From NCBI GenBank assembly GCA_010405405.1, contig MU004235.1:2162506-2226505 (forward strand): a DNA stretch of 64,000 nucleotides, written 5' to 3'. Position numbers and translations under genes: made by a program. The notes beneath the pieces were generated by a model. It was not told the DNA's origin. It ran no database searches and was given only the letters and a program-made list of their open reading frames with translations. This DNA comes from Microthyrium microscopicum. Taxonomy: Eukaryota. This document shows, piece by piece, positions 28,458 through 40,771 of this stretch; positions within the stretch are counted from its first letter, which is position 1; each line of letters begins with the position of its first letter.

Positions 28458-28607
28458 TACCGAAAACTTCCATTCAGTCGTGACAAGCTAGCGCGCTTTT
28501 CCAGCGAGGTTTTGTGCCTAAGCAATAGTGAGGGTCCCCTAAATCCGAAGTGCCCCCTGCAAAACAAACCGCGCTAGCTTGTCACGACTGAATGGAAGTT
28601 TTCGGTA
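28458..28607. mobile_element. MITE-like element A: 36-bp perfect TIRs flanked by TA (38-bp perfect inverted arms including TA), 74-bp core
   Basis: 28458-28495 TACCGAAAACTTCCATTCAGTCGTGACAAGCTAGCGCG is the exact reverse complement of 28570-28607. TA ends fit Tc1/mariner-type target duplication. Confidence 0.8.
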
Positions 28608-29159
28608 ATAGTCCTGAAGAAGTCACTACTTTGGTCTGTCGTCAAACTTAGAGGTAAAGTCTCTGATATTGTTTACCTGAATCATGACTTGGACAACTGT
28701 GTCCAGAAAAATATGATCAAATTGAGATTTGGAAAGGCCGAGTGAGGTAAAGATCGTGAAAAGTAGGAGGATGAGGCTCAAAAAACGTCAAACAGCCACA
28801 CCAAAGCTGGAAAGGGCAGAAAGGCGAAACTCTATCTGAAGATCCCTGCAAGTCAATACGCTAAAAGCGGCCGCAAAAGAGGCCAATGATTTTAAGCATC
28901 AAAAGCAAAGCTTAATTATCGTGGTGTGTCGCCCTGGCGCCCAACCTTTTTTGGAAGTGGCATTTTTATGGTCCTATTGCAAGTCGTTCAGCAAGCCCAG
29001 CGCGTATTTCACCAAATGCCAAAGATGGCTATGAAAAGGGTCCCCCAGCTGAACAGATCTGGATGCAACAGATTCATGGAGTCAAGTCCGTCCATTTTAC
29101 AAACTACCAACTTGATCTTTCCACGACCGAAATCTTCAATTTACAGCCTTTAAGCTACC

Positions 29160-30175
29160 ATGCAGATCTCCCGAGTAGCGGCGGTAGCCTGGCTCATCAT
29201 CAGCACTCGAGCGCAAACTCCCAGCACTGCCAATTTACCTTCTTGTGGCGTTCGTGATGCCCTTAACCCCTTTTTGCTGGATATTGTAGAGAAGCTGACT
29301 TGCGACCAGAGAACCTGTATAGTGAATAGTATAAATCAACAAACAGTGTGCTCAAGTACAGATACGTCATGTCTTTGTGGCAATTCTGCTCTCGGGTATA
29401 GCATTGGCTACTGTTTGGGGTCGACGTGCGATTCTGCCGATATAAGCACGTCGGAAGCCTGGGTGGAACAGCTGTGTAGTGGTAAGATCCCAAACCTCGC
29501 CGCTTGAGAACGATCTAACATATTCCAGGCAGCTCTACAACCCAGACAACAGCGGTCATATACACGGCGGCCACAGCGCATGCCGCTACGGCATCCGCAA
29601 GCTCAAAGTCAGGAGGTACCACCTATAATGACCAAGGATACGCAGATGGAACCTCCGGAGGAGGACTATCTACAGGGGCCAAAATCGGTATTGGGATTGG
29701 CGTGCCGCTTGCTGTCTTCCTTATAGGAGGCATCTTTGCAGCCTTTCTGCTGGGCAGACGAAGAAAAATCGCAGCTGTAGGCCAAGCACCACCAGCATAC
29801 TCTTACGCTGAGCAACAAGCGCCTGTTCAGGGTCCTAACGGTTTCGCGTCCATGTCAATGGACCCGAAGATGGCTCCTCAGGCGTCCGTTGTGGATATGT
29901 ACCCTCTACAATCCCAAGATATGCAGATGTCCCAACAAATGCACCAGCAAGTTCCACAGCAGCCTATCCCGCACCCAAACGCATTCGAGATGCAAGGCTC
30001 TATGGCACAATCCCAATTCAATCACGGATACGCGAATTCTGGAGTTTCGCCGCAACAATTACATGCAACGCCTTTACCAACTCATGCATCGCCTGTATCA
30101 GCTCATCAGCAAGTTTATGAAGCACCTACGAATGCTCCCATGGTGACGAGTGCAAGTGAACTGCCGGCAGCGTAA
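29160..30175 (+). CDS. CFEM-domain single-pass membrane protein (signal peptide, CFEM, S/T linker, TM, Q/P-rich cytoplasmic tail)
   Basis: Removing introns 29250-29309 and 29482-29528 gives LPSCGRTC..CSSTDTSCLC..YC..TC..LC (8-Cys CFEM), then GLSTGAKIGIGIGVPLAV..RRRK and a PPAY motif. Confidence 0.88.
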
Positions 30176-30323
30176 GATTGCTTGGACGAAACGTTGATGA
30201 CTGAATATGGGGTAGCGCTGTTGATCAATTATCCACCCCTTAGGTACTAAGCCACTCAAACAAAAATCCGAATGATTGTCAGAAAAGTTATTACTTTGCA
30301 AGCTGCACTTCATTACAGCGTAA

Positions 30324-31168
30324 TCACAGCATTGCTCGCCAGCCGTCTTGCAATGGTCTTTCTAATCCAAGATGATCGGCTACCTGCCCAAGATGATCAA
30401 AGCCCCAAAAAGCCTCAGTCTCGCCTTTCTTATTCGTAGCTATCGATGATCAGACATGTTCGCTTCGTGGGTAGTATTGAATGTGCAAACTTACCAACAA
30501 ACCACGGCATTCCAAAGGCTCCAGTATCAAAAGCTTCTTGAGTTTTCTCCGATAAGCCATCTTTGACATCCTTTGTGCTTGTCGCTTGCATGACTTTATC
30601 AAGCTGATCATTTGCTAGCACACTACCAAGAACGCTTCCAAGCGCAGCAGGTTCATTGATTCGAGTGTGCTCTACCCAGAATGCAGTGTATACAGCTGAG
30701 GTACATTGAACTAGTAGCTCCGGATACAGAATGCTCACTGCGGTGAGAGCGCGTTGCGGTGTTAGTGTAAGAACAGGAAACCCCTCAGGCGTTTCCGGCT
30801 TAAGAGGGATGTTGAATTGCTTCGCCCACCGAAGACGTTCAACATAAATCCATTTATTCTTGTCTGCCAAGATGGTTAGCTACCGTACTCGACACTTGGA
30901 CGTTGATCAAACTTGCTTGTGATTTCAATCGGTGGACGATTGTCGCAAGCTTTCATCAAGCCTCCCAGAAATATTGGGACATAGGTTTTCTCTACGTTCT
31001 TGAAGGCAGGAAGGTTCTGATAGTCAGTCAGTACCTTGTTATTGCGCGATAATCAACACCAACGGCAGCTGTTCATTGCACCACTCTACTAACCTCCAAA
31101 GCCCAAAAGGCAAAATAAGCAAAGGGGCTGACAGTATCAAAGTACAACTTGAGTTTAGGGCTAGGCAT
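30324..31168 (-). CDS. Kappa-class glutathione S-transferase / DsbA-like HCCA isomerase family
   Basis: MPSPKLKLYFDTVSPFAY, PIFLGGLMKACDNRPP, GAFGMPWF and FWGFDHL, ending DGWRAML*. Several short introns. Confidence 0.88.
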
Positions 31169-31573
31169 TTTCCTTTCGATAAAGCTTTGAGCGTTAGAGT
31201 ATGGTAGAAGAATTCAAGTTATTGACGTTGAATTAAAGTTGTGGTTCTGTTGATCGTGACCTCAGAGGCTCAGAAGAGAAGTTGCCCCTCGTGTCGATTG
31301 ATTTGCCTCGGTTTCAAAAGTTGTCCTACTACTACTAGTACTTTCAAACTTCTACCTTTTGTTAGTGTTTCACGTTGTTCAGTTTACAATGTTCGCCAAT
31401 GGCATAATAGACAAAACGGTGTTCATAAGTTTTGCATTTGGTGCATTCAGCACTGTGTCATTAATCTGTCATTAGATGGGCCTCCCTTGTCCAAAGCACC
31501 CACTGATTCCCAATGCCGGACGATGACCGAATCTAAGGCAATACATCCAATCCGATCCACCATCATTCGAGCC

Positions 31574-32026
31574 TCAAGCCGAGCAGATTGACAAGGTAGC
31601 GCCAGAGGCAGCTGGAAGAGATGTGGCGATGCGACAGGTGTTTGGGTCGGCACCCGCTGGGCAGCTGAAAGCAGCGGCACCAGTAAGTTTGTCGTAGATC
31701 TCCTTGAGCGACATGCACTGGCCACTGGCACCGGAAAGAGTGATGTGAGATGGATCGTTGAAGCCTCCAGCGTTGGGACGAATGGCCTGGTTGGTCACGT
31801 CGTAGTTGCCGCATGGAAGGACAGCATCGCCAACAGCACCAGAGATGCGACCGATGACAGCAGCGACATCGCGAGCCTGGGCTTGGGTGAGAGCACCACA
31901 GTCGTTGGTGGAGCTTGCGCCTGGGAGAGCTGCAACGAGGAATGCTGAGAGCGTGATAATCTAGCCGGGTTAGAAACTACAAAGCTTGAAGCTATGGAGA
32001 GAACTTACCAGTCCGAAGAACATCAT
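31574..32026 (-). CDS. Small secreted cysteine-containing protein, 134 aa, 6 Cys
   Basis: Exon 32026-32009 (MMFFGL), intron 31961-32008 (GTAAGT..CTAAC..TAG), exon 31960-31574 (IITLSAFLVAALPGASSTNDC...TLSICSA*). Confidence 0.85.
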
Positions 32027-32826
32027 CTTGAAAGCTTAGAAGTTTAGGAGCTTTGTAAGATTGTGGTCAAGTGTGTGAGAGCAGCTTTCGAAGGTTGTGA
32101 GATATGATGTTGTGGTTGTGGAGGTTGAGGGCAGAAAGCTGTGAAACCAAGGGATGTCAAGGCGGAAGATTAAATAGTGCGACAACCTACAAAAGCAAAC
32201 TGAGAGAGTGAAGTTTACGAAAGCTCAAGTGAAAATGGCCAGTTACTGAGCATTCCAACTGCCTAAGTGACGGCACAGCAATCTGCACAATGATCCGGAT
32301 TGAGTAACCTCAACTAACAGGCTACCTGAAATTCCCATCTTCACCTCGATAGACTGAACATAGTAATCGTATTGCTGGATGAAGATGCCTAGATAGTCCA
32401 AAGTTGAGCAAACGTGTACCGAATCATCAAGGGCTTAACTGTGAAATCAAGGGTTTGAAGGTAGAAGAACCTCATGCGGGTTGACACAAATTCAATTTTG
32501 CAGACGCTATGGTACGACTTGATGGTTGTATCTAATGTTCAGTCAGCCCAAATATTCAAGTTATGTCTAATCGCTAGATATGCGATTGAAATCCAATCAT
32601 CTTGCGCGTTTATGCTAGGCGAGAGCTGATTTACCCTCGCGATCAATGATATGTATAAACCGGCATTCTGATTGGAGCACGTAGCTTCTCAAAAGAGATC
32701 TTTGTTTTGTGCAATTATCCCCCCCCTGAAAATACATTAGACGTACGTCTAGTCATGAATGCAAATTTATTGCAGTTGAACACGCGTGAACACAGTGTTC
32801 GAGCGATTTCTTCCGATTTATTGAAA

Positions 32827-34669
32827 CTAAAGTTTAACCTGGAATCTTGGGTTCTTCCTAAGCCACGAGCCATATATAGCAAAAAGCAATGGAATCGGTA
32901 CCAAAGCCAACGCAAGAAATCCAAGCAAAGAGTTCCCCCAGCCCAGACCCAGCTTGTTGTACATCTTCAAACCGCACAGGGGTAGAAGGCTTCCAAGAAG
33001 CGATCGTAGTACCGTGTTCGCTGCGATTGCGCTGGCTGCATAACGTGTAAAAGCATCCACGATATAAGTTTGCATTGACATCTGTTCTCTTATAAATAGG
33101 GTAACCTGAGTAAACAAGAACATAACTCACAAAGATGACCAGAAGTGCGAAACCGGTACAGGCGGTTCCGATTAGCGGTGCTATCCAATGTACTTTATAC
33201 TGTGTCGTCCACCCTGCAAATCGTTAGTATGTCAAGTGGCAAGTGTATTACAGCGAGCATACCATATATGAATAGCCCAACGGGTAGTAGACAAGCTGCT
33301 GGGGTGATGACCCATATAGGGATTCGGTCTTCCGGTACGACCTCCTCCCCTCTTGCTTGTTTTCCCTTGATTATTTTGTCTGTCACCGTTCCCATGATGC
33401 CAAGCGATAGCATCATACCTATACCCAGGGGAATGAATACAAGTCCCACTGCTCCAGTGCTGAATCCATAGTTCTCCTGGAATACAAAAGTGAATGTCGT
33501 GAACAATAGATATAGTATCCCGTAAGCCACAGCCACGTACATACAAGTCAAGGTAACAATCGGCGATAGGAACAGCATTTTTGTCGGACGAACGATGGCT
33601 CGTAAGAACACTTGTTTCATGGGGACATCCGAAGCCAATCGTGACCGTAGATCAGGATTTGCGGTCTCCTTTCGAAGTCGAGCTGCTTTGTGCTCAAGTA
33701 TTACTGGAGCATAGGTTTCTCTGCTAAAGAAGAAGCCGGCTACTGTTCCAACACCAGAGAGGATTGCCAGTAACCAGAAGCTCCAGCGCCAACCCTTTGC
33801 TTCGACAAGGTAGCCCCCTGCCACAGGTCCTGAACCAGTCAGTAAGCATCAATGTAATGCATATTAACAGGAGAGGGCTAACACAATTAATGGGTCATTT
33901 GCACGACTGTTGAAGAAAAAGACATTCTTACCAAAAACAGGTCCAAGAAGAGGACCAATAGCCCATATAGCCATGGCTCCACCTCTTTTCTCTACTGGCA
34001 TCATATCGGCGATAGTGCCTCCACCAATGGTCAGAGGACATACCCCAAAGATGCCATGAATAAAACGGAAGGCTACCAGCTGTCCCATATTTTTGGCGAG
34101 ACCGCAAGCTACCGCAAAAACAACAAACAAGACGTTGCAGACATTATAAAGCCAATATCTTCCGTATATCTCCGAGAGAGGAGCGATAACGAGTGGGCCA
34201 AAGGCGAAACCTAGTAGATAGATAGAGACCACAAAGGTTGCGAGTAGCTCATTAGTGATTCCAAAGTCTTTGATCACATCCGGAACACCTGGTGCAAACA
34301 TGGAGGATGCTAGCGGACTATATCTGTGTCAGCTTGTGTCTTTGGAAGCGGAGAGATAATTCGACCATACGTGATGAGTGTTACATAGCTCAAGACAGCT
34401 ATTTGTCCCCATTTCTTTTGCGAAGACCAATTCATAGGATTGTGTGGGTCCATATTTTCCGGCTCATCCCACCAAACTTCATTGGGATCTGTCCCTACCG
34501 AGATATTAGGGGTTATGGATCCCTTTTCTTCGTCGGAGTGTCGAGTTCCGGCGCGAATATTGGTTGAAATATCAGCATCATGACCCTCCTCGTATGCAAG
34601 CTTCTCGTTCTGATCTTTGAGATCCATGCCGTCGAGGGTCGGATTGTGGTAGTTGCCTGGTGTGGTCAT
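32827..34669 (-). CDS. MFS multidrug transporter, DHA1 family
   Basis: [62 protein letters not shown]. Multi-exon. Confidence 0.93.
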
Positions 34670-36371
34670 CGTACACGAGGTAGCTATCGTTTTGTTAGCT
34701 GCTCTGTAGCATCTCTTTCAAAAAGGCAGTAAGAACTATCTCGTGCTAGGCTTCTGAAGTATCAACACACCACCTTCACATCTCAGTCATTAAAAGCCAA
34801 AGTTACATGTGTCGCGGGTTATGAAAGATCTGAAGTTTCCCCTGATCTCATGGTAGCATAATAACAAACGCGAATTGTCTCTTGTACAAGAATAACACTT
34901 ACGTTGTCTATAACCAGTGAAAATGAGTGATGATATCGTATAGAAGGGACCTTAATTATGAGGCTCAGTTCTGCTAGTGAACCGAAAACGCCCTTGGAGC
35001 ATCCGTGAACAAGTACGGCAGAGATCCGCAGGAGACGAAAAGAGCGATCCTCCAGAAAGCGCGACTTCTTAGTCTCGAAAAAAATTGCTCCACAGCCTTT
35101 TATACCTTAAAGCTGCAAACCATGTCCACGATGGTGATAACCCATTGCCATTGCTTGCCATTGGCCAATCCAAAGAGAGGCTTCGGAAAAGAAGGTTTGC
35201 CGAATCCGCGCCCATGGCAAGGCGGCGACATGGCACCAGGGCCGCCCCCTTTTGACTTGGATTCAATGGCGAGTTCGCCAGCCACAGGGATTAAGTTGTT
35301 TCGCTGCCTTACTGAAGCGCAGATGGACAAAGATCTGAGCAGGTGAGCGAATCAGATGTTTTGAAAACGACGCGATACTCGAGGTCTCAACCCTGGCTCG
35401 TGTAATTCAGTGACCGACTTTGGATATCTAAGAATGATCTCTGGAGTCAGGAATGAAGATAGCGCTGCCTTGACGTTGAAAGAAAGTTGGGCCTAGACCT
35501 CGGTTTCGGTTTCCCCCGCAATATATTCATGAAGACATTGAAGAGACGAATTTTTCACGTCCATCCTGGCATCCTCTAGGACTATCAACAACATCGGGAG
35601 CAGCCGTGACCCTTGTGGAACTGATGATGCTTGCATTTTTTGGCCTGTCAAGAAGCGACCAAGCTGGGCACCTACATTAGCTTGTGTCGCACCACACTAC
35701 GACAAAAGAGACATGCTGAAGATCGGGTAAATCGGCAGCTTGAGTCTGGGTATATTCTTCATCTTTCTGATCTTTTACCACTTCGTTCGTTCTCTGTTAC
35801 CTACCTAGTGTCTTGGAAGCAGCATCGTGGCGGAAATCGAGGGGGATCTGATCCGAGTCTTCATTCCTCCTAATCTTATCAAAGTCTTCGAAGAGAAGAA
35901 GAGGACGAAGCCGCCCGCTATAGGGATCGCATTCCAATGTCCATACTTCTCGTTCAAAAGCTGGCGTAAAGAGGTGTCTCCAGCCCAACATAAACATGTT
36001 AGTACTACTTGATATAGCATTGATCTGATTGTCCAAACAAGCAATACTCGTGCAACTCAAACGGGAGCCAATGTAGTATAACCCGACACTTGGGTATTAT
36101 AGTTTTTGTAATCCACAAGTTACCACAAGTTTGGATATGATGTCCAGACTACTGGATATTCCAGCGATTTGTCTGTTAGTAGTGCCCATGATATTCGGGA
36201 CGTAACATCTAACGCCCTTAACTTCAAACATCCCAACTCCCAGAGATACGCTCACTTTTCCCATTTCAGTTCACTATGATGTCTTAGGTATCTTGTGAGG
36301 CCTAGTGTTTACAACATGGGACTGATGTATATATTATGTTTTATCCAAGACTCATCCATGTACTTAGTCTA

Positions 36372-37320
36372 CTACAAAGGATCGTTAGGAGTCTTCATGA
36401 TTTTTCTCCCCAATGCTTTTCCATGGAGCTGTTGTACAATATACTGAGATGAGCGGTCATGCCAAATGGTGCCTCGCTCGTTGTAGGAAGTATGACCAGG
36501 GCCTTGCTGGAGATCACCACAAGCCTGTTGAGTCGTGTTAGCATTTCAGTTCTACCGCCTGAGTTAGCCACTTACAAAGTCTCCGACAGCGCAATTTGCA
36601 ATTGTCCTGTCTTTCAAAGGATCAAGGATAGTGGTTCCATCTCCAGAACCATAAAGCACCACCGCAATAATCTTCTCCTTCTGCTCGGCAGATAGCATGA
36701 GCTGTGCCGTACTCATCACTGAGCCACCTTGCGAGTATCCAACGAGCGCGAACTTTATGTCGGGACAAGCTTGAATTTGCGCAGTTATCCGCTTGGAAAC
36801 ATCGGTCACGCCAGTGATGAAGTTGAGCATGTCTGCTGGATACTACAAGACTATACGTTAGAAAGTGCGATACTTGCTTGCTGGGGTCAACATGACTTGC
36901 CTGGACGGGATAACCTTGCGCAGTCTCATTCAGCTTCTTCATATCTCTGATAACTCTTGCCACCAACGGATCTCCCACAATCTGACCTATTGGGCCGGAT
37001 TCACTGGTACCTCGCGCTGTTGTCATAATCAGTCTGAACGTCTTCTAAAAGATTATGGCGTAGATATATAGAGCGATATCCGCAGTAATTGTCTGATATG
37101 ACTTACCAACCAAAACTTCCAGCTTCGCGCATCCAGGCGGGACTGGACCAAATGGAACAGCCCAGCCAGCTCCACAATCTGCTTTACCAGGCTCAAACAT
37201 ATAAAATGGACCTGGATTCGGAACGAGCTTCTCTACAACAGTGCAATTTGGATTTGGAGCCCCTAATTGGGCATTGACAGCTGCGAGCAACGTCGCGAGA
37301 ACAGGAGCGTAGCCCAGCAT
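36372..37320 (-). CDS. Secreted cutinase-family (CE5) esterase
   Basis: Signal peptide MLGYAPVLATLLAAVNA; ARGTSE, nucleophile motif GYSQG, C..GDF-AC and GHTSY. Four short introns. Confidence 0.9.
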
Positions 37321-37915
37321 GACTGCTGTTTTATTATGCGATTGATGGACTGTGTTGCTAGAGATCTGGAGTGAAGCAGGAAAGTCCACTTACCTTATAT
37401 TTAACAAGCTTGATGTGAGTTATTGACCATTAATGAATGAACGACCAATAAATGTATAGCGTCGGACAAAGTAGTTGAAAATTATGAACATCTCCGTGTT
37501 TGTGTACAAACTTTCAGCACTCTTTTATCAATTCTAAACATGGTAATACCTATTCTCTCTTAGTGTGTGGCTCTACCATGTCGGATCATCCGAGCAATTA
37601 AAACCTTCAGAATATATTAACGGCCCTCAATTGATCGCATCAAGTAATAGGGTATGAGAGGCCGCACACCTGGCCCATTCGTTGTTTGCAACCCGATAAA
37701 TAATGGCCAACTATTCTCCACTACGCAGTTCCATTATGAACGGCATGATGAACACGCAGCTTGATGACATTGGATCTGCATCTCCTATTCACTGATCAAG
37801 TATAACACTCTCAATCCATCAATCCAAAAATTGATGACTGCCACTATGACTTATAAGAGCTACGCATAAGAGAAGCTTCTTTGTACTAACCCTTAATTCC
37901 ACTGTCTTTTTCCCT

Positions 37916-39454
37916 CTAGAACCATCGAGTTACAGGGCGAGTTATGGGTGACCAAACAGGCGGTTTCTCTCCATCCTTAATTTTGCCCTTCGTCGTAATT
38001 CTGGTTCCTTTTGGAATATTCGCCTCGTTTGGATCAACAAAGTCCCATTCTTCGTGGTCTGCAATATCATCGTCGAAGGCTGGTTGTACAGTTCGGGCTG
38101 TAACAGGTGGAGCTGGAGCCATAGGAGCTGAGGAAACAGGAGCTGTATCAGTCGGAGCTCGATGGGTTGCGACAGATGCCTTTGATATTGAAGGTAGGCT
38201 GGCTTTCCCTAAAGTTGTAGTGTTCGAAAGAGATTCAGCACTTGCAGCTCGTTTAATCTCTCCTTGGCTCGTGGACTCATTGCGTAAGGGATTTTGTGAA
38301 GGCCGCTGGGAGATTGGCCGAATGATCGCTTTTGGAGCTGCAGTTCTTAGAGCACCTGTAGCAGTTGTGCGTTCTCCTTGCTTCGCAACTTCACTGTACA
38401 AGGGCCGTTGTGGAATATTTGCATCTTTGCGAATAGCTTTGGGCTTCGGGATCAATGGCTCATTAGCAGCTTCCGCGAGCAACCCATCCAATCCACTAGG
38501 CGCTAAATGAGAAGTCGTAGAGTCGCCCCGTGGCTTATGCGTCTTATCGGTAGGAAAAGCTGGTCTCACTATGGGCCTGTTCCCGCTTTCAGGAGCCTCT
38601 TCTGAAAATGCCATTCGTCGATGGCTGTGGGAGGCTTGTAAATGGGAGCTCAGGCTTATCTTTTCGAGTTGTTTCTGGAGATCCATTAGGGCCTGATCGG
38701 ACTCAGATATCTCTGGCCTGTCAGAATACGGTTCCTTTGATTGAGTGGAAGATAATTGCGTCGGCTTGTCAGAAGACGATGGCTCTGACTTAGTAAGAGA
38801 TGGTTGCTTTAGCCTAGTAAGAGATGGTTGCTTTAGCCTAGTAGGAGATGGTTGCTTTAGCTTAGCAGGAGAGATTTGCTTGGGCGCAGGAGGAGGCAAC
38901 CACTTTTGCTTGGCAGCTGCCGGTTGTACTGGCCTAGTAGGAGATGAAGGCTTCGCTCTCGGTCTCGAGATCAACGATTGCAGAGGGAGCAGGTCAGGCA
39001 TTTGTTCGTCCAGGGCGGAACTTGTCGTTGCAGACTTTGGACGAGCAGTTCTGTCCTCTGCTCGTGGCTTAGAGGAAGCGTGCTTAGCTCTATCTTTCGG
39101 ACGTGTAGCCTGAGACGACTTTGTGCTTGTATGGCCAGTACGAGCGCTACGCTCGCGGTGTGTAGTGCCGACTTCTGGCTTAGAATGTTCATTTGGTGCG
39201 CCTCTCGATGGCTGATTCGATGTGTTCTGCAGCGAAGGACTTTCAGGGTGATGTGCCGTACGATTCTGTTGCTGGGCCATAAACCTATCCCACGGCGAGC
39301 TTGGAAAACGAGCTCTGGGGATATCGATATTGTCTGGCAGGGCTAGTGCCATCATACGCTCTGCAAAGGTTGCCCAAAGACTTGGATCCGTAATTCGGCT
39401 GTTCTCCTGAGGCCCGGGCCTAGAGTTTTTGTTGTTTCTGTCGTTGTTGGCCAT
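37916..39454 (-). CDS. Hypothetical intrinsically disordered P/S/T/K-rich protein
   Basis: 512-aa uninterrupted ORF of low complexity with an internal 8-aa repeat; acidic EEWDFV motif near the C-terminus. Confidence 0.7.
   Translation of the reverse strand: MANNDRNNKNSRPGPQENSRITDPSLWATFAERMMALALPDNIDIPRARFPSSPWDRFMAQQQNRTAHHPESPSLQNTSNQPSRGAPNEHSKPEVGTTHRERSARTGHTSTKSSQATRPKDRAKHASSKPRAEDRTARPKSATTSSALDEQMPDLLPLQSLISRPRAKPSSPTRPVQPAAAKQKWLPPPAPKQISPAKLKQPSPTRLKQPSLTRLKQPSLTKSEPSSSDKPTQLSSTQSKEPYSDRPEISESDQALMDLQKQLEKISLSSHLQASHSHRRMAFSEEAPESGNRPIVRPAFPTDKTHKPRGDSTTSHLAPSGLDGLLAEAANEPLIPKPKAIRKDANIPQRPLYSEVAKQGERTTATGALRTAAPKAIIRPISQRPSQNPLRNESTSQGEIKRAASAESLSNTTTLGKASLPSISKASVATHRAPTDTAPVSSAPMAPAPPVTARTVQPAFDDDIADHEEWDFVDPNEANIPKGTRITTKGKIKDGEKPPVWSPITRPVTRWF
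38790..38875 (-). repeat. 24-bp coding tandem repeat (about 3.5 copies; LKQPS[PL]TR)
   Basis: TAGTA(A/G)GAGATGGTTGCTTTAGCC repeated on the + strand. Confidence 0.85.
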
Positions 39455-40087
39455 ACAGAAGGTACGATCTCCGTTGATATGTGATGAGAATGGATCGATA
39501 TTTCGGATTGCAATAGGCAGCAGTGTGCGCGAGTGGTGAGAGTTAGACCAAAAAGCAAGGAATCCGGGAGTTTATATACAGTACTGATGAACAAGCTGAA
39601 GGTGGCCCATAGTGTTAGATTTCACAAACATGAAGTATCTTGAAGGATCTGTATGAGTGAGGAGATAGTTATAGGATGTCATGGGAAAAGTCGTTTGCGC
39701 CGGCTTTCACAAATCCTCAATGAAAGTGATATGGTCATGGGGTCCTCCTGAAGTACTCAAGAGCTATTGTGTAATGTAGAGATTGCCAAATGAGAGGGAG
39801 ATTCTGGGATTCTCTTTCGTTAGGTATCTGATAGTTGACCAAAGATTTCATGACTAACGCCACTTATGACTTGCCTAGCAAGCATGCATTAGTTCTAGTC
39901 AATAGTGAGAAAGGTAACTTCGAAAGGGGCACATACACTAAGGTATTCAAGGAATCTGTTTGTATGAATACCATATTTGCCTGACTGTTATAATACGTGG
40001 TGGAGATAGTACTATGGTAGTTTTGCATTGTGACTCAATCAGCTCAACCTCTATGTTTAGAAGCAAGGGAATGAAATCAGTTGGAAG

Positions 40088-40771
40088 CTACAACTTTCCT
40101 TCTGCCTTGAGCTTCTCCATATACGACGTTGGCGCCTTGCCATCTATCATCATCTCCAGCTCGGGATCTGCTTTCGCCCTCGCCTTCTTGTATCCATCTC
40201 GCGCCGTGGCCCTCTTCAAGAAGCCCAGGATCCACTTGTAAGCACTCAGATCATAAGCGTAGAAGGAGCGCATTGTGGTTAGAGTAAATGTAGGCATGAT
40301 ATCCGCTGCGGTAAACTCATTGCCTGCAAACCAGGTATTCTTCGACAACCGATCATCCATGAACTTGAGCATGGTCTCAAATCGATCTCGCGCGCGAACT
40401 GCAGCAGCATTGTTGGGATCTAGTCGTGAAATTTGCATCAACGTCACCAGCTGTGGTTGAAATGTGCCGTTGGCAAAGTGGAACCAGTAGAGGTAGTCGG
40501 CGTAATCGGCATGTCCTGGTGGCAGTGCAAGCTTGCCGCCGCCATAGGTATGGATAATGTATTCAGCGCAGGCGGCAGATTCGGAGAGAGTGAGCTCGCC
40601 GTCTTGAATGACAGGAGCTTGGCCCAACGGGTTGAGGTCCTTGATTGACTGTGGGGCGAATACTGGAGCTCGCTGGTGGAGAACTAGATCATAGGGGATT
40701 TGAAGTTCCTCACAGAGCCATGGCAGGCGTTCGGACTGTCCGACTTGGAGGTGGTGGACTGTAAGCGGCAT
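40088..40771 (-). CDS. Glutathione S-transferase (GTT1-like)
   Basis: QSERLPWLCEEL, NPLGQAPVI, LSESAA, YLYWFHFANGT, FAGNEFTAADI. Intronless. Confidence 0.92.
   Translation of the reverse strand: MPLTVHHLQVGQSERLPWLCEELQIPYDLVLHQRAPVFAPQSIKDLNPLGQAPVIQDGELTLSESAACAEYIIHTYGGGKLALPPGHADYADYLYWFHFANGTFQPQLVTLMQISRLDPNNAAAVRARDRFETMLKFMDDRLSKNTWFAGNEFTAADIMPTFTLTTMRSFYAYDLSAYKWILGFLKRATARDGYKKARAKADPELEMMIDGKAPTSYMEKLKAEGKL

Noticed and set aside
28458..28607. Rho-independent terminator or tRNA interpretation of the hairpin
   Set aside because: Eukaryotic context, 74-bp loop, no cloverleaf or A/B boxes; the TA-flanked TIR structure explains it better.
23120..34669. Secondary-metabolite cluster (P450, GST-kappa, MFS transporter)
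   Set aside because: No PKS, NRPS, terpene synthase or other backbone gene, and the genes are interspersed with unrelated ones.
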